From positions 1 to 57,577 of the forward strand of contig JBHLLU010000026.1 in NCBI GenBank assembly GCA_048938895.1: 57,577 nucleotides of DNA, given 5' to 3'. This DNA comes from Promethearchaeota archaeon. GTDB lineage: Archaea; Asgardarchaeota; Lokiarchaeia; Sigyniarchaeales; SOKP01. The notes under the pieces were generated by a model. That model was not told where the DNA came from and did no database searches. It saw nothing but the letters and a program-made list of their open reading frames with translations. Of the stretch, positions 49,989 through 57,577 are shown piece after piece. Positions within the stretch are counted from its first letter, which is position 1. Every line of letters starts with the position of its first letter. A program made the translations under genes and the position numbers.

Positions 49989-50345
49989 TTATTCTATAAA
50001 TTCTTTTTGTAGTCTCGTCTCTAACTCTTGAAGTTTAGTCCCAACAAGATCCAATAAATTATTTTTTTCATCTAGCTCTTGAATCAGCTCAATATTTCCA
50101 TTTCCAAATGTCTCTATTGCTTTATGGTTTGAAAGTAGCTTATTATAGGCGGGAAAGAGCTCTAATAATAGATCCGTCATAGTTCCCCGTTTTTCAATTA
50201 CCCACTCTCGTAATTTTCGAGCAGGCATTTGTTGGGTACTAACCTGGACAATTAATTCTTTAAGCTCTGCTAGTTCTTTGGGATTGAAAAGCACTTTTTC
50301 TATCATTTCTTTTAAATAGGGAAGACATTCATTCGCTAGCACCAT
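49989..50345 (-). CDS. Small helical hypothetical protein, last gene of the membrane operon
   Basis: Start overlaps the upstream stop (TAATG) and is preceded by GAGGAGG. Confidence 0.7.
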   Translation of the reverse strand: MVLANECLPYLKEMIEKVLFNPKELAELKELIVQVSTQQMPARKLREWVIEKRGTMTDLLLELFPAYNKLLSNHKAIETFGNGNIELIQELDEKNNLLDLVGTKLQELETRLQKEFIE

Positions 50346-53300
50346 TATACTTCCTCCTCATTAAGAATATAGGTTTGTATTTTCTCAAAAAAAGTAGAGA
50401 TATCCTCATACAGTTCATGGGCTATTTGCTCGTAGGTAATAATTTGAAAATTGATCCTATGAAACTTGTCAATATGCCCTTTTAGATCATCAAATGTGAA
50501 TCCAAAAGTAGGTTCTTGGGTAATTAATTCGATAAAAGAATATAATTCGGAAGGTGATACCTGATCTACATTGTTATAATGTTTGCATATTTCAGTAAGA
50601 AATCTACCAATAAGATCTCGTTCAATCTTTAAAGCATCTTGGTATCTCTCTTTAGTCATATATCCATGAGCGGTTACTAGCTCAAAAAAGAAATTACTGA
50701 ATTCTCGACTAATTGCTTTTTTTAAATTATGACTTTGGATGATGAACATACGAGAAAGTTCTTTAACTTCTTCGGGATATTCAAAAGGAATATTCAATTC
50801 TTGATCTATGGTTTCCACAGTATAAGGTTGGTTAGATGCAAACTCATCTTCAAGTGCTTTTTGATATTGTCGACCCACCGAATATGAAGTTCGAATTGAT
50901 TCTGAACCCCCCGCGGTCTTAGGATGATTCTCCACTAAATAGCCATGTCTTACTAGAATGGTAAAAATATCATCTCTGCAATTCTTAACATCCATTTTAT
51001 CTTTAAACAGTTTGGAAGCTTTGGGATATAAAATGGCTTTCAGCTCTTTTTTCAGTTTTTTCTCATATAAGGCACCTACTTGGTCGACTGTACACATTGA
51101 TGCTAAGAATTGTTTCACTTCGGGAGTAAATCCTTCATATATCCCCAAATCTTTTTGAAACAGGTTCCTTTTTATCTCGTCCAAGATTTTTTGTTCTGTA
51201 TCTTTCAAGTTAAATCCTTGCTTTGCCATATAAGCAACAATCTCATCTTCACGTAATAACTCACAGCTTTTGATATCTTCCCAATCAATATGTACGGGAA
51301 ATGCTTGATATACATCGCTCCGTTTTACGATCGCCTCATTCTCTTGCATAATCATTAAATAACGAATCTGGTACGTCTGATTACGGGAACGTGAATAATA
51401 TCCCGTTCCTTCCAACTCTTGAAGGCTCATAAGACTACTTAATGCTGCTATGTCGCGTTTATCAGTAGCTCTGAAGGTGATGATATTATTAAAATAGGTG
51501 TATAGATTATGATGGAGATAATGAGCTTGATTTGCCATCAACACTAGCCCAAATCCGTGTTCTATCAAGGGATCGAGAAATTTGTTTATTTTTCCATAAT
51601 CAGAATATTTATCTAACCAATAACTCTCAAAGAAGAGGTCACTATGTGGTATCACCAAAATTTTAGGGGTAAACATTTTAGTATCACCAGAAGTGATGTA
51701 ATGAATTATTTTGGAAAGGATAAGGAAAACAAGAAAAATCTGTTTAGTATAGTCATTGCTTATAGAAAGGTCAATAATAACCGTTTTTTTATTGTTGATA
51801 AAATGTTGAAAAGTAATAGCATCAGCTGATTTTTGGGGGGAGATATGTAAGTATTGTTCATCTTGCTGGGTAAAATCTCCAAATAACGAAAGTAAGACAT
51901 CACTGCCAGGAGTTTTTTCCCATGTATTTTGGTTGATGAGTTTAAGATTGAGGGAAGTCATATCCATATTGGGATTATTTAAGATAGTGCTGCGCATAAT
52001 ATCGATCACCCTTTCATTTTTCTTAAAGGCTAAGGCATAGGCGTCGAACATGTAGTTTAAAAAGTCCATATTATCTTTATCATAATCCATATCGGAGGTA
52101 AGGGGATCTAAGCTAAAGGCACTTCCCAGTTTAAAGTAAAGAAAATCATTAACAAATTGAGTACCTTCGAAATAATGAATAAGTCGTGACCAGGTGCCTT
52201 TAAAATCAAAAATTAGAGAGGGGATATCATGATCTACTAATTCTGCTACTAATTTCATAGCTGTTAAATCACGATACCCCACTGTTCCATTGGTAATTAT
52301 AATATTGTTAATCTGGTCCTTGGTAAACCCAAACGGCATCTCTTCTTCTAACATCTCTGTATTTACCGTATGTCCTAAAGTAATCGAATTATTCAGTTGG
52401 AGAGGAGTATTAAACTCTGACGCAATTCTGGTAGTGATCCCTTTTTTCAATTCACTTACAATCTCAGTCAGATAGACAAGTGCCTTCCCTTGAAATAATA
52501 GATAATTCAGTCTACTTCCGTGCACTGAAACTAAGGGGGTTTTCAGTAATTCACACATTAGGCCCGAACGGAGCGGAGCTCTTTGGAGTTGGATCAGTTT
52601 ATAATTAAAAAAATTAATATTAAAGGTGTTATAGAGGATCTGGGATTTTAAGGCAAGGCGATCTTCGAGATTAAGGATGTTCTCTCGAGAAAGGTCATCA
52701 ATCAGTTCAAATTCAGAGGTAGAAATAGTGAGTATGGTTTTCCAGATACCTGATCTCATCGCCATCCAATTTATCTCATCCAATTTCGTTTCCAGCCTCC
52801 AATTAGAACCTAATATGGAGTATCGAGTCTTTTCATTTAGATAGTCAAGACCTTTTTTATAGAACGTTTCATAACTAATGGGAGTTCCCATACACGTATA
52901 CCCGAATGAAATTTTCTGATTCATAATTCCCTGTATAAACTTATCGAGTCGACAATAGGAAGGGGGAAAAGCATACACTAAATTATACATCTTGATCCCC
53001 AGTAATATTCTGCCGTCAATATAGGCAAAAAATGTATCAGAAATCCCTTGAAAGGTGAAAAATCGAGTATCAAAGAAAGGATTGATGGGTAGAATCGTTT
53101 GGGACTTTAGTAAGGTTCTTCGAGAAATTAGGAATAATAATTCACGCCACCAAAAAGATATAACTAATATAATAAGTCCTATGGTGATTGTCAGATTAAT
53201 AAGTGGGGCAATATTAAAGGACGATAATAGAATAAACGATACAAGTGCAATGATGAAGATGACTGAAGCTTTCATAAGGAGGGGAAGAGTGAGAACTGGT

Positions 53301-54100
53301 CTTCCCTGGTAAAATTCATCACTAGACGAAGCAGTAGCAGGAGTCGCGCGAAAAAAATAAGTACGAAGGGCATTTATTAAGTTAATTCCACTTAGGAGTT
53401 TGATCTGGTAGTGATGAAAATTACCCACAAAATTACTTCTTAATACCCCTTCTAGCTTTTGGAGTCGTTCTTTTAATTTTCGGAACCTCAGTGGTTTTAA
53501 CGAGCCAGTACATGCATGATAGATGCAGAAATAGATGCTGGTAAGAATGGGGCTCTCTTCTAACGGAGTATCATTCCTGATACGAGGAGTCTGAATGATT
53601 TGATAGCTAAACTGAATTAAATTTTTATATTCGCTTAAGGCTTTAATGAATGAATTAAGATTAGCTTGTACATTTTCAGGGATCACTTCAATTTTAAAGA
53701 TTTTCAGCGCTGTATGCTTTTGATCTTTAGTATGAGTAAGATAGATGGTGGAACCCTGCTCATGTTCCATGAAAAATAATATATCTTCAAAAGGGTTTAC
53801 CTGTCGAGTTCTCTGAAATAGAGAAAAAAGTGAAGATGTCTTGTGACAGAATGTAAGAAGAAACATACTCAACATAGTACTACCGACTCCAATGGCAATT
53901 GAAAAACTATGAGTGGAGAGATATACCATAGAAATAAAGAAGATAATGAGAGTTGCTAAGATACCAATTCGCATAAACATATACGTTAAGTTGGTGTCTT
54001 TATAGGAAGGATTTACGTTCCAGATTCGAGGGACGTCCTTTGAAGATGTTACCTTTTTTTCCGTTACAATTTGCCGCTTTATAGTAATATCATTGGACAT
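50345..54100 (-). CDS. Large membrane-anchored HerA/VirB4(DUF87)-fold protein with degenerate Walker motifs
   Basis: Two TM pairs; ITLG...NIIITNG...IPSLIFDFKG, FSLDPL, TVIIDLS, GFGLVLMANQ and IITFR..D match the HerA/VirB4 scaffold; preceded by GGAGGAGG. Confidence 0.72.
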   Translation of the reverse strand: MSNDITIKRQIVTEKKVTSSKDVPRIWNVNPSYKDTNLTYMFMRIGILATLIIFFISMVYLSTHSFSIAIGVGSTMLSMFLLTFCHKTSSLFSLFQRTRQVNPFEDILFFMEHEQGSTIYLTHTKDQKHTALKIFKIEVIPENVQANLNSFIKALSEYKNLIQFSYQIIQTPRIRNDTPLEESPILTSIYFCIYHACTGSLKPLRFRKLKERLQKLEGVLRSNFVGNFHHYQIKLLSGINLINALRTYFFRATPATASSSDEFYQGRPVLTLPLLMKASVIFIIALVSFILLSSFNIAPLINLTITIGLIILVISFWWRELLFLISRRTLLKSQTILPINPFFDTRFFTFQGISDTFFAYIDGRILLGIKMYNLVYAFPPSYCRLDKFIQGIMNQKISFGYTCMGTPISYETFYKKGLDYLNEKTRYSILGSNWRLETKLDEINWMAMRSGIWKTILTISTSEFELIDDLSRENILNLEDRLALKSQILYNTFNINFFNYKLIQLQRAPLRSGLMCELLKTPLVSVHGSRLNYLLFQGKALVYLTEIVSELKKGITTRIASEFNTPLQLNNSITLGHTVNTEMLEEEMPFGFTKDQINNIIITNGTVGYRDLTAMKLVAELVDHDIPSLIFDFKGTWSRLIHYFEGTQFVNDFLYFKLGSAFSLDPLTSDMDYDKDNMDFLNYMFDAYALAFKKNERVIDIMRSTILNNPNMDMTSLNLKLINQNTWEKTPGSDVLLSLFGDFTQQDEQYLHISPQKSADAITFQHFINNKKTVIIDLSISNDYTKQIFLVFLILSKIIHYITSGDTKMFTPKILVIPHSDLFFESYWLDKYSDYGKINKFLDPLIEHGFGLVLMANQAHYLHHNLYTYFNNIITFRATDKRDIAALSSLMSLQELEGTGYYSRSRNQTYQIRYLMIMQENEAIVKRSDVYQAFPVHIDWEDIKSCELLREDEIVAYMAKQGFNLKDTEQKILDEIKRNLFQKDLGIYEGFTPEVKQFLASMCTVDQVGALYEKKLKKELKAILYPKASKLFKDKMDVKNCRDDIFTILVRHGYLVENHPKTAGGSESIRTSYSVGRQYQKALEDEFASNQPYTVETIDQELNIPFEYPEEVKELSRMFIIQSHNLKKAISREFSNFFFELVTAHGYMTKERYQDALKIERDLIGRFLTEICKHYNNVDQVSPSELYSFIELITQEPTFGFTFDDLKGHIDKFHRINFQIITYEQIAHELYEDISTFFEKIQTYILNEEEV

Positions 54101-54101
54101 T

Positions 54102-54947
54102 TTACCTCCTCCGAAAGATATTTTTATAGATCACGATAATTACCACCACCACTCCAAACCCGATAAGTAACAAATTACTCACAGCCGGAAGAGTTAGCGG
54201 ATAGAGAAATATCTCGGTGATAAGAATCACTCCAAAACAGAACGCAAGAATCGCTACTCCGATAAGCATAAACTTAAAGATAGTACTGTGGCTTTTTCTA
54301 TAATCTAAATGATCTTTTAATGCTCCATCCATTGAGGAACCTCGTGAATTCTCCAATCCTCTTCTTAGTTGTTTGAGTAAAATCGCTTTCTCTAAGTCTT
54401 CTTGACTCATATGAGCATTGAGTCTTTGTTGGGTTGCTCGTTCTTGTTGGGTTATCTTTTGGAGTAATATGGGCTTGTATTTGCTAGAGCTATCTTTTCT
54501 CCCGCGTATCCCCGTCGAGAACAGATGAAGGTTCCTGTCATCATAATATCCCTCTCCCGTCAGGTTTTTATATACATTGGGAACTTTTATTTTTCTAAGC
54601 TCATAATAGATAGCCACAATCTTTTTCACATACCGAAGAGGCAAGTCACCACGATTTTTAAGGAATAAGAGCTCTATCTCTTTTATGGTGTTAACAATCT
54701 CATCATGAAATATCTTCACATCGAGGTTTTTTTCAAATATCTCATTTACCACGTTCATATATTTTAACAATGGTTCTTTTTTCTCCTTCTCACGTGGACG
54801 GGCTCCTAATTTAAGGGCAATCTCATCTATGATATTACTCACTAAAATAAATCCCGCAACTGCTAATTTTCGATAATTCTGCGTCTCCTTACACACTTGG
54901 ATGAGATTTTTTAGCTTCATATCTACAATCTTATAGTTTATGGTCAT
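54102..54947 (-). CDS. Hypothetical protein: helical N-domain, coiled coil and two C-terminal TM helices
   Basis: Hydrophobic C-terminal hairpin; stop lies 1 nt before the next start. Confidence 0.7.
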   Translation of the reverse strand: MTINYKIVDMKLKNLIQVCKETQNYRKLAVAGFILVSNIIDEIALKLGARPREKEKKEPLLKYMNVVNEIFEKNLDVKIFHDEIVNTIKEIELLFLKNRGDLPLRYVKKIVAIYYELRKIKVPNVYKNLTGEGYYDDRNLHLFSTGIRGRKDSSSKYKPILLQKITQQERATQQRLNAHMSQEDLEKAILLKQLRRGLENSRGSSMDGALKDHLDYRKSHSTIFKFMLIGVAILAFCFGVILITEIFLYPLTLPAVSNLLLIGFGVVVVIIVIYKNIFRRR

Positions 54948-54951
54948 GTAC

Positions 54952-55629
54952 TCAACTTCTCCTTAATTCTTCAACTTCTTCTGCAATAAATTTATCTAAA
55001 TTCAGTTCTTCCTGTATATTGCTTATAATTTTCTCAATATGGAAAAGAGGGGTGCTTCTTTGTTTCTCTTGCTCTATGATACTCACGTAATAATAGAGCG
55101 AGGAGGGAAAAATGAACAAAAATCCACACAACTGTAAAATATAGCCAACAGAGACAGCATACACATAAGTATAATTAGTATCAACTTCGGTAATGGTAAG
55201 ACTGGGAAAATAGAGCTTATTAGGTAAAAGATACATGATAGGAAATACCATAATATAAAAGACCGTTAAAATAGCTAGAAATAATGGGAGAAATGAATAC
55301 ATTCGAAGTGATGCGGTTGAATGCTCAACATCCCTAAATAATACTGTAAATACCGCTGCCATAAGGAGTATAATACATAACAGGGTAATTAATAAGGGTA
55401 CTCCAAGGTTAACAGGACGATATTGTTCATTGACAGGATTCCCAGACGTAAAAGAGGTATCCCATTCAAAAAAGAGGTTGTAAGACCAGAAGGCAATCTC
55501 TACCCCATTTTCATCAAGCACTTGGAACTGGTACCAGTCTACAAAAAATGATACAAAAAGGATTATTGACCCCGCTAAAAATGCAATTCGTGCATAACGG
55601 AGTATGTTGGAAGGTTCCATACTTCTCAA
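54952..55629 (-). CDS. Four-TM membrane protein with a beta-hairpin loop after TM1
   Basis: TM1-(DWYQF...WSY) loop-TM2-TM3-loop-TM4; ATGA overlap with the upstream gene. Confidence 0.7.
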   Translation of the reverse strand: MRSMEPSNILRYARIAFLAGSIILFVSFFVDWYQFQVLDENGVEIAFWSYNLFFEWDTSFTSGNPVNEQYRPVNLGVPLLITLLCIILLMAAVFTVLFRDVEHSTASLRMYSFLPLFLAILTVFYIMVFPIMYLLPNKLYFPSLTITEVDTNYTYVYAVSVGYILQLCGFLFIFPSSLYYYVSIIEQEKQRSTPLFHIEKIISNIQEELNLDKFIAEEVEELRRS

Positions 55630-57383
55630 TCCTCCAGAAAGTCGCTATATTTTGTCACATATTCGTTCTCTGAAGCTTTTTCCTCATCTGTTTCTTCAAG
55701 TTCGAAAAATGATTCATTTTTTATCCGTGCCGTAAACTGAGTTTTGCTTACTCGGTCTTCAATATGGTTTTCTTCAATTTGGGCGATGATTTTAGAACTA
55801 TTATGTTTACCTACTGTTTCAAACACGAATTGAGCCATCATCTCGGGAGTAAATTCTTCACTAATTAATACTAGGCTTGTTTCATCTAGATTTATAGAAC
55901 GTTTGTGATAAGGGGTGGAAAATTCCTGTTGAAGATCTCCTTTGAATTTGTAAAATATTATATTTAAATAGACCAATATGATGACATAGATTCCGCTTAA
56001 AGCGTACCCAAAATTAAGGAGAAGTGATAACATCTCAAAAGATTTGAGTGTCAGCAGAAGGATAAGTACCCCTGCAAATCCTATAAACGGCACCGAGAAA
56101 AATTCCATGCGCTTGATCAGCTGAGTATAGGCATCCTCATATGAAACTAAAGAAATATCTTTAGTACTATGTATTTCTAATAGGCTATACTTTTTTTCTA
56201 AGTACGGAACTAATTTCGAGAAGTCAGAGGAAGTTATGATATGTAAATTTGTCTTTTTTAGATAGGCAAAGGGGATGAGTTTTTCCAGAAATCCTACTGT
56301 ATTTTCACTAAGTAATACAGGTTCTACAAGGATTTTCATTTGAGTATTACCGGAGTTGAATGACAGGGTTCGATGGAATAGTGTCTTTTTTAAGGAAATG
56401 TCTAAGTTATGGAAACGTTTAAGTGATGAGAGTAGTGGTCCTTCTTGTCGTAAATCTTCATATATGAGTACTTGACATTCCTCTAATTGGGTGAAGCTGG
56501 AATTTAGAAGTGTTTTGTAAATTGCCCCATCACTTGCATTGCAATTAAAGGGTATGTATTTTATCATTTCTTTAGAGATCTGAAGGGTTCCTTTGAGAGG
56601 ACAAATCTTGATAGGAAGGATTAAGACGAGTTCTTCTACTTCATTCAAAGGAATAGTTTTTAATGCAATTAAATCAACTAAGGAATATATTTTTCGTAAA
56701 GAAGGAACCATCTTTATAGGATCATATCCTAAATCCTGAAGTGTCGTCATAGCTTTTTCTATTGCCATCTTTTTTTCTTCTCTTATCATTTTTTCAGAGA
56801 TGGTAGGGTGTAAAGGAACCGGGTTCTCACGAACGGAGGAGAGAGGTACAAGTTCTGGTTCATATATAGGAATTGGATGAGATACACCTTCCTCTTGCAT
56901 TTCTTCTTCTAAGAATTCATACTCTTCTAGATCTTCAGCAATTATATCTTGCTCTGTTTCCGCAGTTCTTGGTTCTGAGGGAGTGGTCGACGCTTGGGGG
57001 AGTGAGGTAACAGATTCTTGATAATCGTCAAGATACTTATGATTTAAGAGAGCTCTCGCCCTTTCCACGATCCTCTGAGCGTTAGCTTGCCCAATTCCTT
57101 GAATTGAAGTTAATTGACTTACCGAGCTGCGTGCAATGTGCTCTATACTGTCAAATCCCGCACCTCTTAACTTTTCCGCAACTGTGGGGCCTACTCCTTT
57201 TATTATTGTAATATCTGGTCGAGTAAAACTGATATTTAACTTCGCTGAAGATTGAGGAAGATCAAAATCGGTTACTTCAATAACACTCTGATCCTCATCA
57301 GTTGCCTGAAGAACCATATTATACAAGTTTTCTTCTTTTTTTTTCTCCACTTTTTTTTCTAATACGGTCATTGCTCTAAGCAA
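55626..57383 (-). CDS. Membrane protein with tandem helix-hairpin-helix motifs, acidic linker and possible degenerate PD-(D/E)xK-like domain
   Basis: IKGVGPTVAEKL and IQGIGQANAQRI HhH motifs; L..LGY...VDLIALK; two TM helices near aa 430-480; GAGGA precedes the TTG start. Confidence 0.72.
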   Translation of the reverse strand: MLRAMTVLEKKVEKKKEENLYNMVLQATDEDQSVIEVTDFDLPQSSAKLNISFTRPDITIIKGVGPTVAEKLRGAGFDSIEHIARSSVSQLTSIQGIGQANAQRIVERARALLNHKYLDDYQESVTSLPQASTTPSEPRTAETEQDIIAEDLEEYEFLEEEMQEEGVSHPIPIYEPELVPLSSVRENPVPLHPTISEKMIREEKKMAIEKAMTTLQDLGYDPIKMVPSLRKIYSLVDLIALKTIPLNEVEELVLILPIKICPLKGTLQISKEMIKYIPFNCNASDGAIYKTLLNSSFTQLEECQVLIYEDLRQEGPLLSSLKRFHNLDISLKKTLFHRTLSFNSGNTQMKILVEPVLLSENTVGFLEKLIPFAYLKKTNLHIITSSDFSKLVPYLEKKYSLLEIHSTKDISLVSYEDAYTQLIKRMEFFSVPFIGFAGVLILLLTLKSFEMLSLLLNFGYALSGIYVIILVYLNIIFYKFKGDLQQEFSTPYHKRSINLDETSLVLISEEFTPEMMAQFVFETVGKHNSSKIIAQIEENHIEDRVSKTQFTARIKNESFFELEETDEEKASENEYVTKYSDFLED

Positions 57384-57577
57384 TATATCCTCATCCTTTT
57401 TAAAGAAAAAATACTAAGACGGTTAACAATCTAGAAGAAGAAGATTCAAATTTGGAACGCTCTTATTATTCTATGAAAAATAAAAATTCACCCTGAAATT
57501 TTGTCTTTTGGTAGTGGACTAAGTTTACACTCAAATTTACTGTACCTTAAATAATTCGAACGTCGGTTGGGGCAGAA

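Noticed and set aside
46797-53312. Short plus-strand ORFs (46797, 47988, 50958, 51644, 52290, 53055)
   Set aside because: Antisense to long minus-strand genes, with no independent support.
55626-57383. RadA recombinase (its N-terminal HhH domain looks similar)
   Set aside because: No RecA-type ATPase core follows, and the protein has TM helices.
1-57577. CRISPR array, rRNA, IS/transposase, selenoprotein UGA readthrough
   Set aside because: No spaced direct repeats, long structured RNA, transposase motifs or UGA-interrupted redox genes were noticed by eye; dedicated scans were not run.

Overview
AT-rich archaeal chromosomal segment, most likely from an Asgard archaeon of the Lokiarchaeia/Promethearchaeia type. 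This is an inference from archaeal informational genes (Rpo3/RpoD, eL18-uL13-uS9, aEF-1beta, Lsm, Rio2, TrmI, Clp1-like kinase) occurring together with eukaryotic-signature-like proteins (Rag-type GTPase, Rab-like pseudo-GTPase, gelsolin-like domain), bacterial-type MutS/MutL and multi-PAS histidine kinases. Positions 1 to ~46.5 kb are mostly housekeeping and metabolism: ior, por, aroA/aroC, glyA, hisI, trpS, three alpha/beta hydrolases and an orphan N6-adenine methyltransferase. The last ~11 kb looks more GC-rich by eye and accessory. The most notable items are: (1) a tightly coupled five-gene membrane operon (49989-57383) with a helix-hairpin-helix membrane protein and a large, internally duplicated HerA/VirB4-fold protein whose ATPase motifs are degenerate, a candidate DNA-uptake/transfer apparatus; (2) a circularly permuted ATP-grasp ligase coupled to an M14-type carboxypeptidase (25883-28501), a candidate peptide-tag writer/eraser pair; (3) a gelsolin-like domain fused to about four TM helices; (4) a Rab-like pseudo-GTPase with a Cys-rich tail; (5) an isolated C-terminal TyrRS fragment. 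No rRNA, tRNA, CRISPR array or transposase was recognised. All calls are by-eye motif recognition; no database searches were run.
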